64,000 nt of DNA, taken from assembly GCF_000009045.1 (NCBI RefSeq), contig NC_000964.3, positions 2,294,001-2,358,000 on the forward strand, in the 5' to 3' direction. The notes below the pieces were generated by a model. That model did not search any database and had not been told where the DNA came from. It worked only from the letters and a program-made list of their open reading frames with translations. Below are positions 18,529 through 30,612 of this stretch, one piece after another; position 1 is the stretch's first letter, and every line of letters begins with the position of its first letter. This stretch comes from Bacillus subtilis subsp. subtilis str. 168. Lineage in GTDB: Bacteria; Bacillota; Bacilli; Bacillales; Bacillaceae. A program made the position numbers and the translations under genes.

Positions 18529-21500
18529 TTACATTTTTATTGTATTGTCTGAATTTTTCCAGGAGATGCACGCCTGATACGCCATTTCAATCTCTTTCGC
18601 ATGTTCCCCTTCCGCATATCCTCTTAAATATGTCTCTTTTTGATCCGTTATTTGCGCGATTGCTTTTTCACCCATATCTTCCTGTAAGCGTCTGAGGTGA
18701 GCAGTGTAATGAGATATCAGGCTTTCTTCTTCATTTTTTATCCATGCCTCTGTGATTTTCGTAAGTTTCATCCGTACAGCTTCGATAAAGGTCGCTTTTC
18801 CTTTCTGCTCAAAAAACTGCTTCGGTGATTTGATCTCTTTTAGTTCCTGCTCAAAAGCACGTTCTTCTATTTCCGGTTCAACTTCCTTCAACTGTATGCC
18901 GTTCGAATGCTGATCACCCGCATAAACGGAAAAATAACCGTCCTCGTTTAATGTTTTTTGAAAATGATCCAGCCATTCTTCATTGATATGCCGTTCGATG
19001 AAACCGCTCATGCGAACATCAAGCGTTTTGATTTCCTGAATATATTCAAATAGATATTCATGTAAGGCTGTTGTCATCGCTTTACTGACGTTCTTTTTCC
19101 AATCCCCGTTTTGCAGCCCGGGATGAAATGCCGATTTTAATAAATCATTTGCAAAATATGATAATCGCTGTGCAATGTGATATAGCTGCTCTCTTGTATC
19201 TTTTTTTACTTTTTCAATGATGGTTTTTGAGTTCCGCCGTTTCTCGATATCGGCCGCTGTCCGCTCAAATGACAGCATAAGGCACTGTTTCTGCGCTTCC
19301 TTCTCTTCTCGGGACTGATGCTGGGATTGGTGAAGCTGAAAAACAGTTTCGCATAGTTTGTCTGCCTCCGAACTGAGCTGCGCTGCTGACGCTTTTTTTA
19401 CATCCACTTCGATAAACCGGTCTAAGTGTTTTCTTACTTTCGAGAACTGATTATAAAATGACTCCGGTTTTCCCACCAGTTCCTCCTTACTTGATACGGT
19501 AAAGAGCTGCGGCTCATAAACCCCTTCTTTTACAAGCTCTGCGCTGACATAATCGGTCACTGTTTCGAGCTCTGTTTTATCTTTTGCAAGGTCTGCAGCA
19601 TTAATAATAAAAAACATTTTATCCATGCTGAGCGATTCTTTCACAAGTCCAAGCTTTCGCAAAAATGAACGGTCTCCTTTTGAAAAAGAGTGCTGATAAT
19701 AAGTCATATAAAAAAATGCATCAGCATCTTTGATATATTGGAATGCCAGTTCTGTATGCCGTTTATTCATGCTGCTCGCGCCGGGTGTATCAACGATCGT
19801 AATCCCTTTTTCAGTGAGCGGGCATGTATAGTAGACCGTTACCTCTTTCACAGCACAGGCCGTTGTTTCCTCTGCTACATACGGCTTTAATTCAGAGAGC
19901 GGAATCGTTAATTTCTTCTGTTCCTGTATATACTGCTGATACTTCTCGTATGCAAGCAGGAAATTGCTGATCAATTTCACGTGTTCTTCCTGCAGCCTGT
20001 TTTTTTTGACTGCCTTTTCCCACTTCTCTGTGAAGGAACGGCCTGCCGGCTCCTTTGGTATTCCGGTGAGCTGCAAAATTTCAGCCGTTAAGTCATCCTC
20101 TGTCTTAAACACTACATTCGCTGTTTTGTTTAAGTTGCCATTGATTGGCTTTGTGATCTTGTTAATTGTCGCTGTGGTTGGCGTTGGTGAGGATGGCAGC
20201 ACTCTTTCGCCGACAAGCGCATTGGCAAATGATGATTTCCCCGAGCTAAAGCCTCCAAAAAGAGCGAGTGTAAATTTCCGTTCCTCAAGCCTTTTCACCC
20301 TTTCACGAAACGCTGAAGTTTGCTTTAACAACATGCTGCATTCGCCTAAAATGTCAGACAAAGTGTAAAAGCGTTTGATTTGGTCTTGAAGCGGCATTTC
20401 TTGTTCCATTTTGATTTCTGATTTCGGCATCGGCTGCGCCGTCAGCTGGCTTCGGCCTTGTTTCTGCTCTGGAGCCGCCACTCTTGTTTTCTTCGATTTA
20501 AACCATTCTGTGTCTATATGCATTGGGCATGCGGACTCTTCTTCCCAAATGGCCCACAGGCGATCGGTTTTCTCTCGGGCATTATTCTCTAAACGTGCCT
20601 GTTCTTGAAGAAAGACAAGTTTTTCTGATTCTTGGACGAGCCGGTCGTTAATTGTTTGCACATCTTTGGAAACACGCTCTTTCACCATAGCGGAGAGCAC
20701 CTTTATGATGTCTGCGGCTTCTCTTTTCGCCTCTTTCCGGATGAGCTCTGCCAAGTCTTTTGTATATTGCAATACATATTCAGAGGAAAAGGCTGCACCA
20801 TGCTTGACCGCGTGTTCAATGATGCTTATATCAAGCGGTGTGCGATAGGCCTGAATCAGCTTTTCACTTTCAGCGGTATAGACATCAAATACCTTGGCGA
20901 GTTTATGAAGCGTGTCTATCATATGCCAATCCGCTTCGGCCTCTGTTCGTTTTGCCACATCAGAGAAAAAAGCATTCCGCCTTTTATCTCTTTCCTGTGC
21001 AGTTTTCGCTTTAGAAAAGAAAAAGCCGGTTTTAAAGGAAGGCTCTTGTGATTCTAAAAATGCAGCCGCCAATTCACGCATTTCAAAAGGCGTCAGGTTG
21101 GCGTTTTTTAAAATACGATTGATTTCTTCCTGCATCCTCTTCTCTGCCTCAGTCATTTGTTTTTCGGCCTCATCCAATTGATCACGCAGCGATTGGACCA
21201 GTCCAGTATGGATATTAAGCTGTTCAGCGAAACTCGGAGCGCCTGTTTCGTCTTTCTTCAGCATTTCCGTATGTTCCTTTAGCAGATTACGGACTTTTTG
21301 TTCGGTTAAAGCCTGCATATTGCTTTTTGATTGCTGTTCTATTCTGCTTAACTCTTCTCTCAGGGCCCCCATCTGATTGAACGGGTGATCCGGTTCTGTT
21401 ACTGATGTAAAATAGAGCGCTTCCCTTGAAATCCCTTCATTGCAAAGCATCTCCTCTACCTGCGCTTGATAGTCTCCAAATTTCGTCTCCGTCTCATCAT

Positions 21501-22110
21501 GGCGGTCAATTTGATTGACGATAAAATACACATTCGGAATGCTTTCTTTTATTGATCTGAGAAACTTTACATTTTCCTCAGCGTGCACGTGATTATAGTG
21601 AACGACGTAAAACAGCGCATCCGCTTGGTGAAGAATAGAAGCAGCCGATAGAAAATGCGCATCATCTGTTGAATCTATCCCTGGAGTATCAATATACGCA
21701 ACCCCGGAATCGATCTCAGTATACCTGTCAAAAATTTCGACGCTTTCAATCTGTTCCCCGTCTTTACAATATTGCTGCACCTTGTCTTTCTGGTAAGTCC
21801 CTTCCAGCTCAGCACACGCTCCGTCTGTTGTATGAAGCCGAACTCGCTTTTCCCCGTTTCTGATCACAACAAGGTTAGCGCTTGTCGGAATCGGGCTTGT
21901 CGGCAAAATATTCTCCATTAACAGGCAGTTCAGCAGTGACGATTTCCCCGCTGAATAATGCCCGGTAAACGCGATATAAACCTCTTCATCAGCCGCTTTT
22001 TTCATGACCGCAGCCAGTTTAGCAGCCCTTTGTTCATCTTGATTCTCAATAAATTGCTTATAAAGTTCCCCGGTTTTATGCAAAAGCTCTTTTCTGTTTT
22101 GATCTGTCAT
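18529..22110 (-). CDS. dynA: Bacterial dynamin-like protein, fusion of two GTPase modules
   Basis: Two G1 (GHYSAGKS, GGFSSGKS), two G3 (DTPG) and G4-like (NQID, NAAD) motifs with long helical stalks. Confidence 0.95.
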   Translation of the reverse strand: MTDQNRKELLHKTGELYKQFIENQDEQRAAKLAAVMKKAADEEVYIAFTGHYSAGKSSLLNCLLMENILPTSPIPTSANLVVIRNGEKRVRLHTTDGACAELEGTYQKDKVQQYCKDGEQIESVEIFDRYTEIDSGVAYIDTPGIDSTDDAHFLSAASILHQADALFYVVHYNHVHAEENVKFLRSIKESIPNVYFIVNQIDRHDETETKFGDYQAQVEEMLCNEGISREALYFTSVTEPDHPFNQMGALREELSRIEQQSKSNMQALTEQKVRNLLKEHTEMLKKDETGAPSFAEQLNIHTGLVQSLRDQLDEAEKQMTEAEKRMQEEINRILKNANLTPFEMRELAAAFLESQEPSFKTGFFFSKAKTAQERDKRRNAFFSDVAKRTEAEADWHMIDTLHKLAKVFDVYTAESEKLIQAYRTPLDISIIEHAVKHGAAFSSEYVLQYTKDLAELIRKEAKREAADIIKVLSAMVKERVSKDVQTINDRLVQESEKLVFLQEQARLENNAREKTDRLWAIWEEESACPMHIDTEWFKSKKTRVAAPEQKQGRSQLTAQPMPKSEIKMEQEMPLQDQIKRFYTLSDILGECSMLLKQTSAFRERVKRLEERKFTLALFGGFSSGKSSFANALVGERVLPSSPTPTTATINKITKPINGNLNKTANVVFKTEDDLTAEILQLTGIPKEPAGRSFTEKWEKAVKKNRLQEEHVKLISNFLLAYEKYQQYIQEQKKLTIPLSELKPYVAEETTACAVKEVTVYYTCPLTEKGITIVDTPGASSMNKRHTELAFQYIKDADAFFYMTYYQHSFSKGDRSFLRKLGLVKESLSMDKMFFIINAADLAKDKTELETVTDYVSAELVKEGVYEPQLFTVSSKEELVGKPESFYNQFSKVRKHLDRFIEVDVKKASAAQLSSEADKLCETVFQLHQSQHQSREEKEAQKQCLMLSFERTAADIEKRRNSKTIIEKVKKDTREQLYHIAQRLSYFANDLLKSAFHPGLQNGDWKKNVSKAMTTALHEYLFEYIQEIKTLDVRMSGFIERHINEEWLDHFQKTLNEDGYFSVYAGDQHSNGIQLKEVEPEIEERAFEQELKEIKSPKQFFEQKGKATFIEAVRMKLTKITEAWIKNEEESLISHYTAHLRRLQEDMGEKAIAQITDQKETYLRGYAEGEHAKEIEMAYQACISWKNSDNTIKM

Positions 22111-22219
22111 AAGTCTGAACCCCTTTGTGCCGTTTCAATTGTGAACCTTTTTCGAAAGATCTGAATTCATTCCCTTTTCATTTTACACAAGAATAAACCA
22201 AATTTCTTTAGGAGAATAG

Positions 22220-22246
22220 AAAAAAGCCGCCATTACGGCAGCTTCT
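22220..22246 (-). terminator. Terminator after fbpC
   Basis: Minus strand AAGCTGCCG-TAAT-GGCGGCTTTTTT. Confidence 0.7.
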
Positions 22247-22285
22247 ATAAAAGAAAATCTGCAACTTTTACAAGTTCCAGATTCA

Positions 22286-22375
22286 TCAAACAGATTTATT
22301 AGAGATTCCTTTTAATACAAAACCAATTAATACACTATATGTACAAACCGCTCCAAGCAAAAACAGCATTGTCAT
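22286..22375 (-). CDS. fbpC: Fur-regulated 29-aa protein MTMLFLLGAVCTYSVLIGFVLKGISNKSV (missed by ORF track)
   Basis: Translated by hand; AGGATGGTG RBS; length, position upstream of ypbR/dynA and Fur boxes match FbpC. Confidence 0.85.
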   Translation of the reverse strand: MTMLFLLGAVCTYSVLIGFVLKGISNKSV

Positions 22376-22393
22376 TTGCTTCACCATCCTGAT

Positions 22394-22441
22394 TGAGAAT
22401 CTTTTTCAAACCCATTTTAACATGGTTGAGAATGATTTTCA
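22394..22441. promoter_or_regulatory. Two Fur-box-like 7-1-7 elements
   Basis: TGAGAAT-G-ATTTTCA (22427-41) and TGAGAAT-C-TTTTTCA (22394-408) versus TGATAAT-N-ATTATCA. Confidence 0.75.
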
Positions 22442-22445
22442 ATCG

Positions 22446-22952
22446 CTATTTTACGCTGTATTCCTGTAATGCTTTGTCTTCTGCGCGAATTCTGACGCTT
22501 AACAACACGGCATTGAAAATGGAAAACAGACACATGGTGACGTATGCTTGATAAAGCAGCGGAATCAGCAAAATTTCGAGGATAACAACGGCATAGTTTG
22601 GATGTTTCATCCATTTATATGGACCTTTTTTTACAAGCTCTACACCTGGAACAACAAGGATTTTCGTATTCCAATATGCTCCTAAGGAACAAAGCGCCCA
22701 ATACCGTACGATCTGTACGCTTAAAATCACTGCAGCGATACCGAGCCACCAGCTGGACGGCTGTTTATTCATCAGCAGCACCTCGGCAATTAAGGACAGG
22801 AAAAAAAGGATATGCATCGTAATGATATACGGATAGTGGCTCTCGCCAAATTCAATTGCTCCTTGCTTCTTTACCTTTTGTTCGTTTTGCCTGGCCACTG
22901 CCATTTCTGCTGCTCTTTGAACAATGAGAATGGCGATCAACAACCAAAACAT
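22446..22952 (-). CDS. bpsB: Isoprenylcysteine methyltransferase-like alkylpyrone O-methyltransferase (YpbQ)
   Basis: LVKKGPYKWMKHPNY and RIRAED ICMT motifs. Confidence 0.9.
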   Translation of the reverse strand: MFWLLIAILIVQRAAEMAVARQNEQKVKKQGAIEFGESHYPYIITMHILFFLSLIAEVLLMNKQPSSWWLGIAAVILSVQIVRYWALCSLGAYWNTKILVVPGVELVKKGPYKWMKHPNYAVVILEILLIPLLYQAYVTMCLFSIFNAVLLSVRIRAEDKALQEYSVK

Positions 22953-22955
22953 GAG

Positions 22956-24053
22956 TCAGGCCCCCTTTTCCCAGCTGAATAATAGCAACTCTGATGAGAA
23001 ACCCGGCCCTAATGCGCCAATCAGTCCTCGTTCAGCTTCCTTTTTATGTCCGTTCTGCAGATGGTCTTTGATCACATACAAGATTGTGGCTGAAGACATA
23101 TTTCCGTGCTTTTGCAAAATGCTTTGCGCAGATGAAAGCTTTTCTGACGACAGCCCGAGACTTTTGATGTATGCATCGATCACTTTTTTTCCGCCTGGAT
23201 GCGCCAAAAAAACACTGATATCATGGAATGACAGCTTATGTTTGTCCAAAAAAATCTGTACATTTGTTTTGAGCCATTTTTCCACCAAGGTCGGAATGTC
23301 TCGTGAGAAAATGACTTTGAATCCTTGATCGGTAAAGTCCCAGCCCATGACATCTTCTGATTGTTTCATCAAAACAGATTGGGCGTCCATTATCTTCGGC
23401 GCAAGCTTCAGCTTTGACACCCTGCGGTCCGCCTTCTCTCCGCATAATAAAGCTGCGGCAATGCCGTCACCAAAAAGCGAGGTGCCGATCAGATTGCTTT
23501 TTGTTTTATCTTCCGGCTGGAATGTCAGGCTGCACAGCTCGGCAGAAATGACAAGCACAAAAGCCTCAGGATACGCTTTGCAGTATTCGGCTGCACGCGC
23601 AAGTCCGCTGGCTCCTCCTGCACAGCCAAGCCCCCAAATCGGAATCCGCTTCGTATATGGAGAAAACGGAAGTTCATTCATAAGCCGCGCCTCGATACTC
23701 GGTGTGGAAAGACCTGTACTGGAGACGAAAAAAACAGCTTCCACTTTCTCATAAGGAATGGCTTCTTGAAAAAATTCCGGATGAGAGAGGCACTCACGAA
23801 CAGCCGCTCTGCTGTGTTTAAGTGTTTCTTCTATGTATATTTGATTTTTTTCTTCAAAGCTGTGCCCCTCTTTATACCATTCAATCGGCTTAACAAACTG
23901 TCTCGAATGGATTTGCCCGTTTTTAAAGGAGGATAACAGCCTGTCAATATCCTTAAAAGAATGCTGAAACATATAGCGGGCGAACTCGGCCGCTTTCTCT
24001 TGGTTTACATTATACGCAGGAAGACTTGTTCCAATGGATAAAATAAACGCCAT
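22956..24053 (-). CDS. bpsA: Type III polyketide synthase (BcsA)
   Basis: Cys-His-Asn triad: GLGCAGG, AHPGG, HGNMSS; GFGPG-like ALGPGF. Confidence 0.95.
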   Translation of the reverse strand: MAFILSIGTSLPAYNVNQEKAAEFARYMFQHSFKDIDRLLSSFKNGQIHSRQFVKPIEWYKEGHSFEEKNQIYIEETLKHSRAAVRECLSHPEFFQEAIPYEKVEAVFFVSSTGLSTPSIEARLMNELPFSPYTKRIPIWGLGCAGGASGLARAAEYCKAYPEAFVLVISAELCSLTFQPEDKTKSNLIGTSLFGDGIAAALLCGEKADRRVSKLKLAPKIMDAQSVLMKQSEDVMGWDFTDQGFKVIFSRDIPTLVEKWLKTNVQIFLDKHKLSFHDISVFLAHPGGKKVIDAYIKSLGLSSEKLSSAQSILQKHGNMSSATILYVIKDHLQNGHKKEAERGLIGALGPGFSSELLLFSWEKGA

Positions 24054-24126
24054 GCGATCACCTCTTTGCATACATTGTGCCGCAACAATCTTTTTTATAT
24101 GCAAAAAAAACTCCGCCGCGGCGGAG

Positions 24127-26088
<1,962 letters not shown>

Positions 26089-26127
26089 TGATATCACAAA
26101 AAACCGTACACGTGCGGTTCCATTGCT

Positions 26128-26196
26128 CACCCATAGTCGGACATTTACGGTGCCCGGTAGAAACTTGCGTGCCATATCCACGCGATTATATGAGTG
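26128..26196 (-). ncRNA. Guanine-sensing purine riboswitch aptamer (xpt-pbuX)
   Basis: CACUCAUAUAAUCGCGUGGAUAUGGCACGCAAGUUUCUACCGGGCACCGUAAAUGUCCGACUAUGGGUG, with discriminator C in CCGAC. Confidence 0.98.
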
Positions 26197-26259
26197 TTCC
26201 TATTATATTGTAATAAATTATATCAAGATTCTAATCTCTTGCATAGGCTGAAAATAAAA

Positions 26260-26303
26260 ATTCCCGAACTTTAATTTTGTTTTTTTAGATATCATTCGTA
26301 TTT
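26260..26303. promoter_or_regulatory. Inverted pair of PurR boxes upstream of xpt
   Basis: ATTCCCGAACTTTA (26260-73) and TATCATTCGTATTT (26290-303), 16 nt apart. Confidence 0.7.
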
Positions 26304-26354
26304 CAAGGGGATTCGATATAAAAGAGTCTGACGACCGCGCCGCCAGGCTTTTGA

Positions 26355-27860
26355 TTATAACAGATAGAGATTTGAATATTTGTTTGATAAATAATCAATT
26401 AAATAGCGAACATTCAGCTCTTCTCCTGTTGCATCTTTAATAATGTCTAACGGCTTTTTCCGTTTTCCGTGAATGTGCACCTTTTCCGTCAGCCATTGCT
26501 TTATCGGATGGAACTCTCCTCTTTCCAAGAGAGCGTCAAATTCAGGGAGATCCTCAAGCATTTTTTGTTTCAGCTGAGCCGCATACATGTAGCCGAGCGC
26601 ATAGGATGGGAAGTAGCCGAAATCTCCACCTGCCCAATGGACGTCCTGTAAAATCCCCTCTGCGTCGGTCTGCGGTGTAATCCCTAAATAATCCTGGTAT
26701 TTTTGATTCCAAAGCGACGGCAGATCTTCCACAGACACTTCATTGCTGAAAATCGCTTTTTCAATTTCATAACGGATGATGATATGAAGAGGATACGTCA
26801 ATTCATCCGCTTCGACCCTGATAAATGAAGGTTTTGATTCATTGATTGCCCGGACAAAATCATCCAGGGAGATGTCCTTGAACTGTACAGGTGATGCCTC
26901 TTGAATCTTCTTATAGTACGGAGTCCAAAAATGCTTGTTGCGGCCGATAAAATTCTCGTAAAATAATGATTGCGATTCATGAATTCCCATCGATGCGCCG
27001 TCTGACAAGTTCGTGCCACTGAGTGCTTCATCAATATTTTGCTCGTAAATCGCGTGCCCGCACTCATGAATGGTCCCAAAGATCGCCGTCCGGAAATCTT
27101 TTTCATCATATCTCGTCGTGACCCGAACGTCTCCCCGATTCAGCGTAGTTGCAAACGGATGAACGGTTTCATCAAGTCTTCCGCCATCAAAATCGTAGCC
27201 AAGCTCCTGTAAAAAATACAGACTGAGCTCTTTTTGCTTTTCTTTCGGGAACGCTTTTGTAATAAAGCTTGTATCTGGTTTATTTCCGGAAGCTGTCACC
27301 TGTTTAACAAGAGGGATAATCGCTTCCTTCAGCTCAGCAAACAACTGATCAAGCACCTTTACCGTGACGCCGGGCTCAAACAAATCAAGCAATGCATCAT
27401 AAGGATGCTCTTGATATCCCCAATACGTAATAAAACGTTTATTGAATTCAATCAGCTGTTCTAAATAAGGAGAAAACAAGCTGAAATCAGATTTTCCTTT
27501 CGCTTCCTCCCACGCTGTTTCTGCCTTTGAACACAGAATCACGTATTCTTTGTATTCAGCCTCAGGGATTTTCTTATTCTCTTCATACTCTTTTTTCGCC
27601 AGTTCCACTGCTTTTTTCGTATCTTCCGACAAGTCATCAAATCGTTCATACAGGACATCGATAAGCTCCTTCATTCGATCTGATGTTTGGATATTGAATA
27701 TATCTGTTGAAAGCTGGCCGATACTTTCGGCACGATCCTCTGAGCCATTTTTCGGCGCGCCTGTTCTGGAGTCCCAGTGCATTAACGCAACTGCTTCGCT
27801 GTAATGTGAGATTCTTTTTAAAAGATCAAAAAATTCTTTTTCATATGTATGTATCTCCAT
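26355..27860 (-). CDS. ypwA: M32 carboxypeptidase
   Basis: HPF, DVRVTTRY, HECGH (HEXXH), IHESQS, QDVHW. Confidence 0.93.
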   Translation of the reverse strand: MEIHTYEKEFFDLLKRISHYSEAVALMHWDSRTGAPKNGSEDRAESIGQLSTDIFNIQTSDRMKELIDVLYERFDDLSEDTKKAVELAKKEYEENKKIPEAEYKEYVILCSKAETAWEEAKGKSDFSLFSPYLEQLIEFNKRFITYWGYQEHPYDALLDLFEPGVTVKVLDQLFAELKEAIIPLVKQVTASGNKPDTSFITKAFPKEKQKELSLYFLQELGYDFDGGRLDETVHPFATTLNRGDVRVTTRYDEKDFRTAIFGTIHECGHAIYEQNIDEALSGTNLSDGASMGIHESQSLFYENFIGRNKHFWTPYYKKIQEASPVQFKDISLDDFVRAINESKPSFIRVEADELTYPLHIIIRYEIEKAIFSNEVSVEDLPSLWNQKYQDYLGITPQTDAEGILQDVHWAGGDFGYFPSYALGYMYAAQLKQKMLEDLPEFDALLERGEFHPIKQWLTEKVHIHGKRKKPLDIIKDATGEELNVRYLIDYLSNKYSNLYLL

Positions 27861-27971
27861 ATCCATTCCCTCCCTATTCTAGCCGTTCCATTACAGGCTA
27901 ATGGAAGGGGGTATGAAAGTCAAATTGTTTGTATAAAAGGCTGCCGGTATGTTTTGTGGCAGCCTTTTTAT

Positions 27972-28964
27972 TCAGTTGATCGTCATTTGATTTTTTGGCG
28001 GAGGTGTTCTCCGCTTTTTCTGCTTGATTTTTTTATCTACCCACACTGTTGCCAGCGGGGTTAAGAGCGAGGTGACAATAACGCTTGTCGCGATAATTGC
28101 AGTTGCCGACTCAGCAACTGGCGCAAATGAGGCATTCGCTTCCGCTAATGCATATGGCACGGCTACAGCCGCCCCTGCCGTAGAAGAAGCGGCCACTCCC
28201 GCGACACCATCTCCCCGCGCAATAAAACGATCAAGCAAAAACAAAGAACTGCCCGATAAAATGACGACAGAAACTCCGATAAAAATGCCGAGCAGCCCTG
28301 ATTGGATCAGCATTCCAAAATTCAAGGTATTGCCGAGCGAAAAGGCGAAAAATGGAATGATCGCCGGCACAACCTTGCTGAATAAGTCTCTGAGATCATG
28401 ATCCAGATTTCCAAGTATACATCCAAGTAAAAACGGGATGACTGTCGCTGCCAGCGTTTCCCATGGGAATGCGGCAAGTCCCGTCACACCAAACGTCACC
28501 ATGGTCATAAAAGGACCAGATTCTGTACTGATAAAGGCGAAAGCGCCCGCATCCTCTTTTCTTCCCATGTGATTCATGAGCGCCAAATACAGTCCGCCGT
28601 TCGTTTCATTCATTACCGCGACAATTGCTAAAACAGAAAGGCCTGCAAAAAAGCCGGATTGTATGCCATCGTCAGGTATAAATTGCGCTGCGATCACGCC
28701 GAGCAGCGCCGCAAATCCGATCTTCCCCAATAATAACGTGATTCCTTTTCTTGCGATATAGCCTGAAGAACGAAAATCAATCGTTGCTCCTACGCAAAAG
28801 ATAAAAACACCCAGTATCGGCAGCGTTCCGGTAATCAAAGCACCCGTAAACCCTCCAAAGAACTCCGCTGTTCCAGGCGCAAACGTGTTGAGCGCCGCTC
28901 CAAGAAATAGCGGAATAATCATCATTCCGCCAGGTACCCGTTCAATTGTCGCCTTGATTTTCAT
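27972..28964 (-). CDS. kdgT: 2-keto-3-deoxygluconate permease
   Basis: IERVPGGMMIIPL, NETNGGLY, ESGPF. Confidence 0.95.
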   Translation of the reverse strand: MKIKATIERVPGGMMIIPLFLGAALNTFAPGTAEFFGGFTGALITGTLPILGVFIFCVGATIDFRSSGYIARKGITLLLGKIGFAALLGVIAAQFIPDDGIQSGFFAGLSVLAIVAVMNETNGGLYLALMNHMGRKEDAGAFAFISTESGPFMTMVTFGVTGLAAFPWETLAATVIPFLLGCILGNLDHDLRDLFSKVVPAIIPFFAFSLGNTLNFGMLIQSGLLGIFIGVSVVILSGSSLFLLDRFIARGDGVAGVAASSTAGAAVAVPYALAEANASFAPVAESATAIIATSVIVTSLLTPLATVWVDKKIKQKKRRTPPPKNQMTIN

Positions 28965-29008
28965 ATTGTGGATTCTCCCATCCTCCGGTTATGAAAAAAC
29001 AATTCCAC

Positions 29009-29599
29009 TTACACTTGGAAAACAGCCTGCAAATCCTCTTTTGAACAGCTGCCCAACTGGCTGCCGACTCCGACGGCGCCAGCTCCGGCTCTAAGCCAAT
29101 CAGGCACTTCAGACGGATGTATCCCGCCTGTCGGAATAAAGGTCACCTGCGGGAAAGGACCCGCTAAATTTTTCATAAACGGAATGCCAAACACACCGCT
29201 TGGGAACAGCTTTAATGTCGTAAAACCGAATGTCAGCGCTTCCATAATTTCGCTCGGAGTCAAGACGCCGGGGATATAATGTGTCTTTACAAAAGATAGA
29301 TGTTCAGCAAGATCAGCTGAAAAACCCGGACTGACAATAAACTGCGCGCCAGCCTTAGCAGCTTCCCCAGCTTGCTGCGCGCTGATGACCGTACCCGCGC
29401 CAATTAAAATATCTTCCCTATTACGGAAGGATTCGATAATATCTGATGCCCCGGGGGTCGTATACGTCACTTCAACTGCACGAATCCCTTTATCTAATAA
29501 ACTCTCAATCTGCTGACAGGCCTCCTGCTTATCCTTTGAACGAATGACTGCAATCAGCTTTGCTTCTTTCAGACGGTTTTCAACGACTTTGGACTCCAT
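29009..29599 (-). CDS. kdgA: KDPG aldolase
   Basis: [35 protein letters not shown]. Confidence 0.93.
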
Positions 29600-29600
29600 A

Positions 29601-30575
29601 TTAATAATCCCCTTTCTTTTGGTGAACCGTTCTTTGAGCAGATAAAAAAGAAGCTAATTTCTCCCTGGTCGGCAAACCGTCCATATCCCCCGGTGCCTGC
29701 ACTTGCAAAGCGCCAATCGCATTTCCCCTTTGCACCGCATCCTTGTACGACAAACCGTCTAGGATACCGCTGATTACACCGACTGCAAATCCGTCTCCGG
29801 CGCCGACCGTATCAACCACCCGGTCGACCCGGCAGCCTTCTAGAAATCCTTCACTTGTCCCCGTTTTAAAGTAAGCGCCTTCTTTTCCAAGTTTAATAGC
29901 AACAAAGCTGGCACCTTTTTTCAAATAATAGTCGGCAATGCCTTCAGGTGTTTTTTCTCCGGTCAATAGCTCTCCCTCTGCGATACCCGGGAAAAACCAG
30001 TCTGCAAGCCCAGCCAGATCATTGATTGTGTGTACCATTGTTGCTTGATCAGGCCAAAGCGAAGGTCTTACATTAGGGTCGAATGAAATGGTCTTCCCTG
30101 CGTTTCTCATGTCGTTCATGACATGATACGTGAAGTCTTTCATCTCGGCTGATAAAGCAGGCGGAATACCTGTCACATGCAAATGGCCTGCGCATTGAAA
30201 ATAATCTCTCGGATATTCAGCTGTAGTTAATGTGCTTGCAGCTGAGTTTTTCCTATAGTAGGTAACTTGCGGGTCGCCTTCTTTCACTTTTGACTTCAGC
30301 AGCAGCCCGGTGGGATTTTCGTCCTGCGAGCGGATCACGCGGGACACATCCACTCCCTCTTTTTTAAGCTCTTGTAAAATAAACGTTCCGAGCTGATCAT
30401 TGCCGACCTTGCTCATCCATCCCATTCGAAATCCGAGTCTGGCAAGGCCGCAGGCGACATTGCTTTCTGCTCCGGCAAGCCCTTTAGAAAAAGTGGATAC
30501 TTCATGAAGGCCTCCATACTCATTTGCATAAAACATGGCCATTGATTCCCCGAATGTCACCGCATCAAGCTTCAT
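29601..30575 (-). CDS. kdgK: 2-keto-3-deoxygluconate kinase (PfkB)
   Basis: [17 protein letters not shown]. Confidence 0.95.
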
Positions 30576-30612
30576 CTCTTCCCAACCTCCTCTTAGTTGA
30601 GGGCACCTAGGA

